A stretch of DNA of 64,000 bases from Tubiluchus corallicola (lineage: Eukaryota > Animalia > Priapulida). The notes under the pieces are model-generated. The model was given only the letters and a program-made list of their open reading frames with translations, was not told the DNA's origin and searched no databases. The DNA lies in NCBI GenBank assembly GCA_030141605.1, contig JAQGDQ010000707.1:45285-109284 (forward strand). Direction: 5' to 3'. This document shows positions 37,801 to 50,800 of this stretch, piece after piece; position 1 is the first letter of the stretch; every line of letters begins with the position of its first letter. Made by a program: the position numbers and the translations under genes.

Positions 37801-40800
37801 GCAGTCTCGAATATTTTTGACAATCTAGTGAACTGAGTGTCTAATATCTATGTTCATAAAGTGGACCATAATGATTTTGTTGATCTAATCTAAATACTAC
37901 ATTCGATTTTTCTTACGTATGACCTAGTGAATAAGTGTAACAGACTGGTAGAGGTACAAGTCTAGTATATATTATTCACAGACACTACGTAACAGACAAC
38001 ATATTATTATCTCCAAAAACACTATACACTAAATGTAATTTTCTAGTGGATGAAAACTGACGTTCCATTTACTGGTGATACTATGGCATTAGATGATGAC
38101 ATTGCACTTATATCATATGGTACCACTACTGGTCCGGATGATGAATCTAACCAGTTTTTAGTCTTAGTTCGAGGAGACGACATTATAGTATTTGTCAACG
38201 GAGAAGAACAGTGAGATTATGCTATGAACTACTAATATAAGATTTCATTTTTACTACAAAAGCTTTTTTGTTCTTTTTTACTTTTTTTAAAACTTGTTAA
38301 AACTTTTTGAAGGAATACAAAAATATCTGGAAGTGTACTGAAACATCATATTGCTGTTACTTTCATTTTGTAAGAGGTTGTAGTTTATTGTTTTCAAACA
38401 GTACAATCTCCCCTGGTATAATATTCTATATGATGCATATAGGGCCATCGTTTGCCGTGTAAGTGTTATGGGTTGTTTCCATTTAGAAGACTAAGTATTA
38501 TTTTATCACTAAGAGAAACAAAGTGACACTAAGTGACATACCAAATTCTTATAATTTTCAGTTCCTTCATTGTTAACAAATTACCTATAAGTGTACGTAT
38601 TACTGCACTCTCACCAGAAGTTTTTATAATGGAATTCAACTTTAGAGACACCGTTGAATAATGCAAATTTTCTCCACAGACTCCACCTAGTTGCTGCAAC
38701 GACTCTTTATTAATTAAAAAAGTATATTTAATGCTGATATGTTATTTTATTACTGCAGGACAATTACGGGCATTGCAGCCAATCTAAGGGACAATGAATG
38801 GCATTATATTTGCATTGGCTGGTCAGTGGATGGTTCGTTTTGCGTAACAGTGGATGGAATGACAGGTACATCTATATCTAGTACTTGTGTTACAGTTTGT
38901 AGAGCTGACAAACTTCTAACTTCGTTTAAAAACACATTTAACAAAATAAAGCAACAAATTACCACGCCATGGCGTTCTGCTAATCTCCACACTCTCTTTT
39001 TGCTCTCCTCTGCTCCGTTTTCCTAATTTGCCCAACTAGTTCACTAATCAAGCCATATTACATCTATGACTCAAGTACAGCTTAGTCAAGCGCAACACTT
39101 GTGCTATAGTAGTATTGTATAACGTGTATAACAGGTCGATCTGACTTGCGTACCTGCAGCCATCCTGAGTTAATAATACAGTATGTACTTTCAGTTTCTT
39201 CATTATTTTAGTCAAATCTACGCTAGGGGTGAGCATCGAACGTTCGAGTTCGAACATTCGAATCGAATTCGAACCTCGAATTCGATTCGAACGAGTTTTT
39301 TTTTAGTTCGAACTCGATTCGAATCCAAAACTATAAATTCGAATAATTCAGCACTTCAATCACATATGTTCCTGATCATTAAAACGATTGAAACATCATG
39401 CAATTAGCATAATTTAGCTGTGATTTCTGTGCACAACTTTAAACAAATTACTAGTCGTTTTATTGCAGAACAAATTCTAGGGATATGCATGATCTTTGTA
39501 AGACTAATTTTTACTGGTGGTTCGAAAACCTGTTCGAAAATCGTTCAATCTCAGTGCGAATTCGGTTCGCATTCGAAACTCTGAAGTTCGGTTCGATTCG
39601 AATTCGAAAGTCATAAATTCAGTTCGATTCGAATTCGCTTTCTGGTAGAGAATGCTCACCCCTAGTCTACGTGCGTTTTAGTAGCTCTTGCCTCTTGCTT
39701 CTTAAATAACACTTCATGCAGGCTGTACATGTACCACCGACGTTTCACATACAGAAAATAAAGCAAGTAACATATATAAATCAATGAATTTTAAATGTGC
39801 TAATGAATCAAAAGTAAACCACTGAAAGTGCAATAATTAATTCAAAAGATACTTATGCTGTATTTATATGCAAGAATAATGTTAGTCTGTGTTGTGGAGA
39901 TCGCTGGCCTCTATTAGAATTAAATAGAACATTGTAGAATATTCCATTAGAATAATCGTCTTACCTTGTAGAATGTTCTAGAAGGAAACGTCTAGAATGT
40001 TCCCTTGTACCCTATATAAGGCGAAGCAGGCCACTGAGAGGGAGGCACGCAGATTTCGCATGGACGCCACTTACACATTCACTTGTATACCTGTATTTTC
40101 AGATACACTCAAACGTTTTCCAGATTCTCACGTTTAGTGTAATCATTTCGTGTTCCTTCATACTTTTGTGTTGTAGAATTCTCGCTTAATAAACTAGTTT
40201 AATTTGATAAAGTGTTTTCTGGTTTTCTCTACGAGCCTTCCGAGAGAAACAAAACACAGCAGTTTGCAACTATCTGATTACTCAGGTTATTTCACTAGCA
40301 GTAATCCAGCAAAAAAACTAGACACTGCTATGCCAGTGGCTTGTCAGCACCACTTCCGTTAAAGTGGTTGGCCCGCTTGAAACAATAAAGGGAAACCTTA
40401 GTGAGCACAAGCATCAAAACAAACCATAGATAAGAACACGTCACAGTGCCTTTGCATTTAGTCTTTTTGGCACATACTCATGCACTTTGTTTTAACTTAT
40501 TATTCAATGATAGGAATGGGTACATTTACGGGTGCTGGCGCAGGGTCAATACAATCAGGGGGATGTCTGATTTTTGGGCAAGATCAAGACGATGAGGGTG
40601 GCACCTTTGAAGAACGACAGAGCTTTCGAGGATGTGTTACAGATATTACAATATTTGACAGCAAATTACCGGAAAATGAAATAGGTAAATAAACTAAATA
40701 TTCAACTTGAACACAGATGTTCTTTTGTTGCAAACTGTTGTATTTATCGCAAATAATGTGGTAGATTTTTTTCTTATTTACAAACGATGACTCTTACTAT

Positions 40801-42261
40801 AATATGCAAAATTTAAACTAATTCTGCCTGGGGTCACTACAGTTCATGTTATAAACTGAAAGGATAGTCAAAGTGTTACAACAGATGAAAATGCAAATCA
40901 GGGTCGCATTTACCTTACATAGGCTAGAGAGACTGAGCCTGGGGCCTCAAAATCTGGTAATAATATAGTATAATTAGTTTATCTTATCTCTCATCTTATC
41001 ACTGTTACAAATCTTTCCTGCGCATACTGTGTTCCAGTTTCTAAATAAGCCTTCAGTAATTTTCCTTGTACTTCTGCAGTTCAGCCAATATCTCTCGATG
41101 GGCCCTGAATTATTCTTTTCTAACAACTTTTGAAGATTAACTTTAATGATGTGAAAAAAAGTGATTATTTCAATTTGATGGCAATTTCTGCCCCAATTGG
41201 CAGAGTAGTAACTTGATCTGTAGACTTTAACAATCAGCTTCTGTATCAGCTAAAGATAAACTAGCAGGTCTATTGTTCTAAAGATTTCCGTGGTTATTTT
41301 AACATTAACCTCTACGCATTTTTTAATTAACTATGGTATTTAGCAATTGTTGTGGAGATCACTGGAATCTATTAGAATTAAATAGAACATTGTAGAATGT
41401 TCCATTAGAATAATCGTCTTACCTTGTAGAATGTTCTAGAAAGAAACGTCTAGAATGTTCCCTGGCACCCTATATAAGGCGAAGCAGGCCGCTGAGACAC
41501 ACAGATTCACACGGACGACACTTACACATTCTCTTGTATACCTATTAGATACACTTAAACGTTTTCTAGATTTTCACGTTTAGTGTAATTATTTCGTATT
41601 CCTTCATACTTTTGTGTTGTAGAATTCCCGCTTAATAAACTAGTTTAATTTGATGAAGTGTTTTCTGGTTTTCTCGTCGAGCCTTCCGAGAGAAACAAAA
41701 CACAACATTGCTTAAAACTCTTCCATCTTCTATAGTCATGAGCGAGAGTGGCGCATTGGGATGGTCTCACAAGTGGAGCATCTAAGGCCTCTCTTCATTT
41801 AATTAAATCGGACCCTGCAGATTATAATTAATAAGGCTGCAGGCAGAACTATAGGAAGTGAATGATGCACGTTTGATTAGAATAGAATAGAATATTCTAG
41901 AAGAATTTGTACTTTAAGTAATAGCAAATGTGATTAAAAATGTTTCAAATTCCTTATTTCAGAAGCAATGAGCACGAGTTGTTCAAATATGGGCACTCTG
42001 TTTACATGGGGTGATACAAGAATGGAGTTAGTCAGCGTACAGGAAACCGCGTCAACTTGTCCTAATGCAGTGTTTACGGAAACATGCACTTTCACGGAGG
42101 AACAAGTTGAAACTTTAATCAACTTTCTGATCAACTTTGCACAACAAACTGCTTCCTTAATCTGTGATGCCTTTGAAATTTTGCAGCATGTCTATGAATT
42201 CTTGGCCCGTTTGGCAAAACTATTCAAAAATGCCATTTCAATGAAAAAGCATTACCATTAA
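28856..42261 (+). CDS. Secreted pentraxin-domain protein, ~375 aa; exons 28856-28909 (least certain), 29493-29586, 32453-32563, 37261-37388, 38047-38210, 38759-38865, 40514-40684, 41963-42261
   Basis: GT-AG phase-compatible exons. Pentraxin motifs: VVFP..DYIKL, ITTCMWMKT, ALISYG, DNEWHYICIGWS, CLIFGQDQDDEGGTFEERQSFRGCVTDITIFDSKL. Signal-peptide-like AAVILLTFIADSSA-HP in exon 2. The last five exons are solid; the first three are inferred from splice signals and phase only. Confidence 0.82.
28953..29436 (-). mobile_element. Possible solo LTR in pentraxin intron 1
   Basis: TGTT..AACA ends, minus-strand ATATAAG and AATAAA; no matching TSD. Confidence 0.3.
30646..31150. mobile_element. MITE relic with a triplicated 33 bp TIR-like motif
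   Basis: GGGGTGAATAGGGACAG inverted against CTGTCCCGATTCACCCCG (x3, 30997-31090); right part also present at 27607-27700. Confidence 0.6.
31258..31639. repeat. 48 bp tandem array, 8 copies
   Basis: Unit TGTGTCACTACTGTGCCTTCGGTTTACAATTACCATGGCAACCAACAT. Confidence 0.95.
33077..37002. repeat. 95 bp satellite (~27 copies: 33077-33841 and 35163-37002) in pentraxin intron 3
   Basis: Unit CCTAGGACAGAAAGAATCGTCACTGGATGCGCAAATTTGCAACCAGGACATGAGCTAATCAGCTCGAGTGAACGTCAAGGATGAATGGGTGTTAT. Confidence 0.97.
33842..35162 (-). mobile_element. 1321 bp solo-LTR-like insertion within the 95 bp satellite
   Basis: Interrupts one unit with a 4 bp TSD CTAG; minus strand starts TGTGGTG, carries ATATAAG and AATAAA, ends ..GGTGATA. 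Confidence 0.8.
39224..39664. mobile_element. hAT-like MITE rich in TTCGAA motifs
   Basis: TIR TAGGGGTGAGCAT / ATGCTCACCCCTA; 8 bp flanks ATCTACGC / GTCTACGT (6/8). Confidence 0.8.
39890..40261 (+). mobile_element. ~370 bp solo LTR
   Basis: TGTTGTG...CACAGCA, TATA box, AATAAA, 5 bp TSD GTCTG/GTTTG. Confidence 0.85.
41348..41707 (+). mobile_element. ~360 bp solo LTR, same family
   Basis: TGTTGTG...CACAACA; flanks GCAAT/TTGCT do not match. Confidence 0.85.
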
Positions 42262-42690
42262 GGTGCAGCATTAGCTATACAGAAAATTACGAATGTTAGA
42301 AGAAAAATCTCAACAGATAGATTGGGACTGACAAATTTTCAAGCAGGTGTGAACAAATCTATGACCTGAGCTTAACGTTAAACATACCTTCAGTGCTGCT
42401 TTAAATAGTGGTAATACTTTTCATTTTCTAGGAACATTAAATGGCTTTTATTAACGTGTCTGAACTGTTCTAATACTTTTATATATTTTAGACAAAGAGA
42501 AAAACAAGACTAACTTACCATCGCTCGCTTCACAGACAACATTAGCACTAACGGCTATTCATTGACTTACAATAATACAAGTAAGGATGCGACACACAAG
42601 TAACAAAAATAACATGTAGGTTATACATCCTGGCGTTGGCAGCCACTAGTATCGAACTCAAGACTGCATGGTTGCAGTCCGAACCTAAAC

Positions 42691-43127
42691 CAGGGGCGGA
42701 ACTAGGGGGGAGCGAGGGGGCACCCCTTGTCAAAATTTGCGCCCCCCTGCAAAATCGGACAAATAATTTTTTTGCAGTGAAAATTGCAGTTCACATGTAA
42801 TCATTTTCAATATGAATTAGAATTAGGTAAAAAAATGTTTGGTAGCTTCAGTGTATTATTTTCTTAAAATTGTGTGTGATAAATTTCTGTAAATAACAAT
42901 TTAGTTAGAGGCACATTAATAACGTTAGGTTAACTGAGAGTTAATTTTCTCATTATTGCTTTGTCCGCTACGCCGTCCTACACACATGCTAATTATAGGC
43001 CTGCATGCAGTATAAAAGAGGTTAAAAATTGGCTTAGCCATTATTTAACCACTTCGGATGCCTCGCCCCCCCCCCCAGAAAATTTTTGCGCCCTCCCCCC
43101 TGCTTGCCACATCTAGTTCCGGCCCTG
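42691..43127. mobile_element. hAT-type MITE, 437 bp
   Basis: TIR CAGGGGCGGAACTAG / CTAGTTCCGGCCCTG; perfect 8 bp TSD ACCTAAAC. Confidence 0.92.
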
Positions 43128-43229
43128 ACCTAAACCACTCAGTCCCCCAAACCAGGACAAGCAGAATAGCTACTTGAAAATCCTGTTTCTTCCTCAGGTC
43201 TCTTATGTGTGGAATTCTTTACCAAAGCA

Positions 43230-44827
43230 CAGTTCCTTTTGAACTACAACATCACTGCAAGCAAAGTGTAAACAGACAATTCCCATAGTTTCCTTGTGAA
43301 TTATAGCCTCACTGCAAGCAAAGTGCAAACAGACAATTCCCATAGTTTCCTTGTGAATTATAGCCTCACTGCAAGCAAAGTGTAAACAGACAATTCCCAT
43401 AGTTTCCTTGTGAATTATAGCCTCACTGCAAGCAAAGTGCAAACAGACAATTCCCATAGCTTCCTTGTGAATTATAGCCTCACTGCAAGCAAAGTGCAAA
43501 CAGACAATTCCCATAGTTTCCTTGTGAATTATAGCCTCACTGCAAGCAAAGTGCAAACAGACAATTCCCATAGTTTCCTTGTGAATTATAGCCTCACTGC
43601 AAGCAAAGTGCAAACAGACAATTCCCATAGTTTCCTTGTGAATTATAGCCTCACTGCAAGCAAAGTGTAAACAGACAATTCCCATAGTTTCCTTGTGAAT
43701 TATAGCCTCACTGCAAGCAAAGTGTAAACAGACAATTCCCATAATATCCTTGTGAATTATAGCCTCACTGCAAGCAAAGTGTAAACAGACAATTCCCATA
43801 GTTTCCTTGTGAATTATAGCCTCACTGCAAGCAAAGTGTAAACAGACAATTCCCATAGTTTCCTTGTGAATTATAGCCTCACTGCAAGCAAAGTGTAAAC
43901 AGACAATTCCCATAGTTTCCTTGTGAATTATAGCCTCACTGCAAGCAAAGTGCAAACAGACAATTCCCATAGTTTCCTTGTGAATTATAGCCTCACTGCA
44001 AGCAAAGTGTAAACAGACAATTCCCATAGTTTCCTTGTGAATTATAGCCTCACTGCAAGCAAAGTGTAAACAGACAATTCCCATAGCTTCCTTGTGAATT
44101 ATAGCCTCACTGCAAGCAAAGTGCAAACAGACAATTCCCATAGTTTCCTTGTGAATTATAGCCTCACTGCAAGCAAAGTGCAAACAGACAATTCCCATAG
44201 TTTCCTTGTGAATTATAGCCTCACTGCAAGCAAAGTGCAAACAGACAATTCCCATAGTTTCCTTGTGAATTATAGCCTCACTGCAAGCAAAGTGCAAACA
44301 GACAATTCCCATAGTTTCCTTGTAAATTATAGCCTCACTGCAAGCAAAGTGTAAACAGACAATTCCCATAGTTTCCTTGTGAATTATAGCCTCACTGCAA
44401 GCAAAGTGCAAACAGACAATTCCCATAGTTTCCTTGTGAATTATAGCCTCACTGCAAGCAAAGTGTAAACAGACAATTCCCATAGTTTCCTTGTGAATTA
44501 TAGCCTCACTGCAAGCAAAGTGCAAACAGACAATTCCCATAGTTTCCTTGTGAATTATAGCCTCACTGCAAGCAAAGTGCAAACAGACAATTCCCATAGT
44601 TTCCTTGTGAATTATAGCCTCACTGCAAGCAAAGTGCAAACAGACAATTCCCATAGTTTCCTTGTGAATTATAGCCTCACTGCAAGCAAAGTGTAAACAG
44701 ACAATTCCCATAGTTTCCTTGTGAATTATAGCCTCACTGCAAGCAAAGTGCAAACAGACAATTCCCATAGTTTCCTTGTGAATTATAGCCTCACTGCAAG
44801 CAAAGTGCAAACAGACAATTTCCATAG
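43230..44827. repeat. 57 bp homogeneous tandem array, ~28 copies, seeded on a LINE 3'-end relic
   Basis: Unit TTCCTTGTGAATTATAGCCTCACTGCAAGCAAAGTGYAAACAGACAATTCCCATAGT; preceded by a WNSLP-coding relic. Confidence 0.95.
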
Positions 44828-45619
44828 ATTAACTCCTTCAGGACCGCATCATTCAAAACAAGTCTTATAAGACCTATGAATTTTCTGCTACTGTATGAGC
44901 ACAGACATAACTAAATGATTACAAATTAGGTACTGTTCTATTCAGGAGAATATCGGCTGTTCAGTCATGCTCTATTTGTTAAAACATTTGTAAGTGATTT
45001 AATTGGATAAAATTAAGAAAACGCCCTTTTTCTGGGCACTCCGACTTAGCCTATCGAGCACTTGCGTGATCGTACATGTTATTTTATTGATCGCCTGCTT
45101 ACTACAGTCCAAGCGGTGTAGTGTTCTGCTTGTATTCCATCAATCAATGAGAAATTAAGGTCGTTTCATCTTTTAACAGGATTTTCTTCTTAAAAATAGA
45201 GTAGACTTGAGGCCAGAATGTATCAGAGTGTTTTGCTGTTATTCCAGGAAAAACCAACCGATCGGCCAAGGACAAATTAAGGTGGTTTCATCTTTTAACA
45301 GGAATTTATAGTTAAAAACAGAGTAGATTTGAAGCCAGTCTGTTAGTGTTGAATCTGGGATAGCTGAAATTTTCTGCATTAGCTGATTTCACACAAATGG
45401 TACTGTATATTGTTAAAGTGCAAACACTGCAGTTACTGAAACCTTTTTTCAATATTTTTATCTAAGGTAAGCGAATGCACTTCCCATGTAATTTTACATG
45501 AAAGTTCATTGTATGAGGAGTAGAAACCTACAAAATTTAACAAATATAATATAATCACTGCTTAGTGAGAGCAGTTTTCATGAAGCCATGCAAAATGCAG
45601 CAAATGGAATAAAAGTCAA

Positions 45620-46035
45620 AGTGAAAGTGTTAATGAATTTATATCGTCTCTTCCTAATTGTAATACAATGATCAAGTGAAAGTGTTAATGAATTTATATT
45701 TTTTTATCTCTTCCTAATTGTAATACAATGATCAAGTGAAAGTGTTAATGAATTTATATTTTTTTATCTCTTCCTAATTGTAATACAATGATCAATTTTA
45801 ACACAAACGAAATGTTGTACATATCAAGTCTAAAGTTTATTATTTGGTAACAAACCCGTTTGTTATAAACAAGCGCATCATGCAGAACTTATGGGAAGCC
45901 CTGTAATCAAATCAGAATCATGCAGAACTTACGGGAAGCCCTATAATCAAATCAGAATCATGTAGAACTTACGGGAAGCCCTGTAATCAAATCAGAATCA
46001 TGTAGAACTTACAGGAAGCCCTGTAATCAAATCAG
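45620..46035. repeat. Two small arrays: ~60 bp x3 (45620-45795) and 39 bp x4 (45877-46035)
   Basis: Direct tandem copies visible. Confidence 0.85.
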
Positions 46036-46252
46036 TATATTAAATAAATGCAATAATGAAGATCTACATACGATTTATCTAAATAATGATTATATTAATT
46101 TTATATACAAAACAATAAAATAACCCACTTTTTTGCATGAAACTCTACCGATATTATGCGCATTACACTAGCAAACATGCTACTTCCAAAAATAAACAAT
46201 TTTTTAGATAATGTAATATTGTGGCTGTACAATTATAGAAGGTTTTAGTTTT

Positions 46253-46617
46253 TGTTGTGGAGATCGCTGACATCTATTAGAATTAAATAGAACATTGTAT
46301 ATTGTTCCATTAGAAAAATTGTCTTACCGTGTGGAATTTTCTGGAAAAAAACTTCTAGAAGGTTCTCGGGCACCCTATATAAGGCGAAGCAGGCCGCTGA
46401 GAGATACGGATTCACATGGACGCCACTTACACATTCTCTTGTATACTTACATTTTCAGATACACTTAAACGTTTTCCAGATTTTCACATTTAGTGTAATC
46501 ATTTCGCGTTCCTTGATACTTTTGTGTTGTAGAATTCTCGCTTAATAAAGTAGTTTAATTTGATGAAGTGTTTTCTGGTTTTCTCTACGAGCCTTCCGAG
46601 AGAAACAAAACACAACA
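46253..46617 (+). mobile_element. 365 bp solo LTR, same family
   Basis: TGTTGTG...CACAACA with perfect 5 bp TSD GTTTT. Confidence 0.9.
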
Positions 46618-47642
46618 GTTTTTTAATGCAATGCAGCAGTGGTCCTCGAGTACCCGCAATACTTGCTGCCTCGAAAGATACGGTAGGGATCAACTCTTTC
46701 TCGATTCTTATAAAACAAAAAAATTGCCATGTTTATTGAGCAATGATCATTTCGGCATTGAAGCCATTATCAAACTATAAATGAAGCCATAAAGAAGAAA
46801 TAAATTAATGATACAAAGGCACGAACTGAAACTACAAAATAAAAGAGATTGTAAAAAGAAAATTGTAGAGATATGTAAAAAATTTAACACACGAAAAGCA
46901 GAAAAGAACACTACTGGTAAACAATTAATCCAAGTTTACATAATGAAGAACCACAGCAGTAAGCATTAGAAGAATAAAACAACTTCACATTTTGCACAAT
47001 TTACAAAAATTAGGAACTACAATATGGGAAACCAACAGCATATCAATGTGAATAGAGACTATATCCACCAGGACCACTACAGACCGTGAAGAATACAGTC
47101 AAAATAAATTTAAAACACAGAAACAGATAGAACGCAACAAGGTACCACCAATTACAGTTGCTCGTTAAGAATGTTGCGGTGCTTCATAATGTACAAGGCA
47201 CATTACTCACACTATGTAAAATGCAAAATCCAGCATTGCAATCTTTGCAAACCATAACAACAAGCATTTGAAGTGGACAAAATTTACACTGGCCACCTTG
47301 TAGAAATAAATTCTAGCTGACACTGTAAAAGTGTTTATAATACAATTTAACACAGTAATGCAATATTGCCTCATCAGTTTAGCACTATACCTACTAGAGT
47401 GACTAGTCACAGTTTTACCAACAAGCACTTTTAGAACTCCTGTTAAAAATTAAATACTTCAAGCTAAAAATATTACTCCTTTATTTAATTTATTATTCGA
47501 CTGTAAACATTATTATCACTACAAGTGCACAGGTACCAGTACTGCTACAACTGTTACAGTGACTTGCACAACTAAACGATGATTATCTGTTTAATGTTGT
47601 TCCTCATATAATGCACTGTTGTTGGCCTAGTCCTTGAACGAT

Positions 47643-47851
47643 TCAGGACGGTTCACACTGAAAGAAAAAATGCAACAAAAATGTAATTCCATTACAAAGA
47701 AAACTCCTATTATATCTACAAAACAGAAACTGCTGAATGGCATTCATACGAGTTTTTAATTCTCTATAAATTTGGAAGACAAGGACAATTTATGATGAAC
47801 TAAAATGCCCAGTGAAAGTAACATGTCGCGCAGTGTGCAAGCGTATAACTG

Positions 47852-47898
<47 letters not shown>

Positions 47899-50800
47899 AG
47901 GTATTTCATTATATATGTGCATGCAAACAAAACCATCCGTAAGTCGGCATAGTTAAAACTATGTATGCTGCTTCAAAGTATAATGTAGCAAAAAAATTTG
48001 GTAAAATGTCATTTTTTCATATTTTTTTATAAAAACCAATGCTAAAGATATTAGACGTTTATATTCTGCCAACAAATTGTCAAGTAAGTGTTCAAAAAAA
48101 TATTAAAAATCTAATTTCATAACTCCTTGCCATCTTCTGTGGCTATAAATTACTACTGCAATCATAACAAACTTGTATTTTCAAACTCCGATTGTAGCTC
48201 ATGGAAGCAGTCATTTTGCTTCGGGTTTTTTCTGTTGCCAAGCCCAGAACTTCATCAGGAAGAGCCATCTACTGGATTTAAACATAACTTCAATGTGCTC
48301 TTGTAAAGTCCATAGCAACCATTTGTCCACATTTGTGCAGTTGCTAAGTGTTTTGTAGAAATGCGACAAAAACGATGGCTGACTTTAGTGTTTTTCAATG
48401 TACAGCCTGCACCTCGGAATATGTGAATATATTAACTAGAAAAGCTTAATTGCAGTCTTATGGACGATTTTTTATGCAAGCACACATATAATATATTCAA
48501 AAGCATAAGCGCCCTTGAACAAAAAGGTAAATTGCCCAGAGCATGGAGACCTTGTACAATAAGTATAGACCCACAGTGGCCTTCGACTCATAGGCTACGT
48601 CATGGGGCAGTTCTCAACAGACCAGAGGCATAGCAAGGTGAGAGTGACTTGGGCCAACTGCCCCCACCCCCTGGGTGCGAGGGTGAAAGGGCGCAAAATT
48701 CCTCTAGAGTTCAATGACTGTTGTTTATTAATTACTAATCCGACATTAACAAAACAATTAACAAAAGTTTTCAAACGACAACACAATTACCTAGTCAGAG
48801 ATCATCGTAGCTGACTTAATTACTACATACAGCCTAGAGAAAAGCTAATGTTGTTACATAACGGTGTATATAGGGTGTCGTGGGGTTTAGCAGATCGATA
48901 ATTTTGGGAGAAACAGCGACGTTTCTCTAAATGCTGATTGTATTATTATGAAAACCTGTAGTGTTCTGTATCTTTCATAATCTTTGCTTGTTTTAATGCT
49001 GGAGCTGAATGCTTTATGACATTAGTGTTATGAGCAACTAATGCATAGAAAAGAGTTACTCTGCAGCAGTACCGCTAATCAAACTCAGAGTGATTCTTAG
49101 AAAAAATCGTTTATCTTTATCCCATCATGTCAAAAAAGGAAAGTCGGAATCAGAGAAGCAAAAACGTGCAAAATTTGTGGCTTCACCCACGGAACAAATG
49201 ATGAAAACATTAAAAGGGTGGGGCGCCAGAAGTTTTTTTGCCCCCGAGCGCCACAAACACTTGCTACGCCACTGCAACAGGCCCACTGATGGGGTCTGCC
49301 TAGAGGCCACAGGTTTATAAACAACCGCCCTGATAATGTGTAAACAATAAACACTTACCTGTAGTTTATAATAAGGTAAACGCCATATTGCAATGCGGCC
49401 ATCTTTGCTACCTGATCCGCTTGCTACATATTTATCAGCAATATTACAAAGAGTTCTGATCACATCCATGTGCGCATCAATAGATCTTTCAATGTCGGTA
49501 CTGTGCGTCTTGAGCGTGATCAGACGTCCGCACCTTGTACCAACACACAGCTGGAAAATTTAAATAAAAATACCACGTAGAGTGTCGTTTTATTGGGCTT
49601 ACGATCATCAAAGTTTGTGCTTAAATCTTTAACTTACAGTAAGTCCTCGGTTAATAACGTTAATGTGTTGCAACCAAACGTGACGTTAAGTGAAACATTG
49701 TTAAACGAAGCCAAGACTTCTATAGAAAACAGCGTGAAAGAATTGAGATACGTTCCAGAGACAAAATTAATCCTGCTTAGAGCACACAAATTAAACGTTT
49801 TATGAGTTTTATTCATATTTATACTGATTAACCTCCTTCCGTTTGCTTGAAACCACTTAGCTTTCTTACCAACAGCTACTAACTAGACTTGTTAGCGGGA
49901 CTTATTACACGTAATGTTGAAGCTTACATATAAGCAGTTAGCAGTTAAACACTGTGTTCTGAAAGCCCTGGAGCATCCTTGTGAAAATTTCACTAATACT
50001 ATAGTCAGATGTGTTAGTTTGTGACGAACTACACACATTCAACAGCTCATGCATGAACACAGCGGTAAATTCGAAATTTATCTTAAAACTTGCTTAGTTT
50101 TAGTATAACAGACCGAATATCTCACAGTACTTCAATTTTCGCTTTCACAAACACGTGCGACACGCTTGTGAAATGTCTTTGCTGTTGAAAATTATGTTAG
50201 TTTGTGATGTCATCAATGCTGCTTAAATCACACAAATTAACATTTTACGAGTTTTATTCGTATTTCTACTGATTAATTTTTTCTGCTTACTAGAAGCCAC
50301 CATCTTTATTACCAATACCCAGCTGGTGGTTCCTCTTTGTTTTCATTTGTAGCCTAGGCAACCGTTAAAAAATATGCACTGCATTGTGCAAGCCGAGCCC
50401 TGGAGCGACTATGAGAAAATTATTATTATTTATTAAATATATCCACAACGATCATTACAGCATTGTACATAAAAGTATTTAATAACATATTTATTATTAT
50501 GTGCACAAGATTCCAAGCCGCAAATGACCCATGGGGTACTCAAGAAGTAGTTACTTGTTTAGAGCACCCCAAATGAATGTGGACTGAGTGTAGTAGAAAA
50601 GAGCAGTAAAGGAGTAGAAAGAAAGGTTAATAGAGAATAGAAGAGAAGGAGAAAGATGTGATGGTTAGATGCTGACAAAATTGTTTTGCATAAAGATTTC
50701 ACCCATTGCAAATTTAATGTTATTTAAAGCAAAACAGGACCCAATCTTAAACTGCTGGTCAAAACAATCTACTCTTTAAAATATTGAAAGGAAACATACT

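Noticed and set aside
43198-43267. Apparent + strand exon (TTCTTCCTCAG ... GTAAAC) suggesting a fifth splice-junction array
   Set aside because: It lies after the pentraxin stop codon and is better explained as a LINE 3' relic (WNSLP motif).
43203-44825. 540 aa ORF as a real gene
   Set aside because: It lies almost entirely in a 57 bp (19-codon) satellite; the open frame follows from unit length and there is no unique domain.
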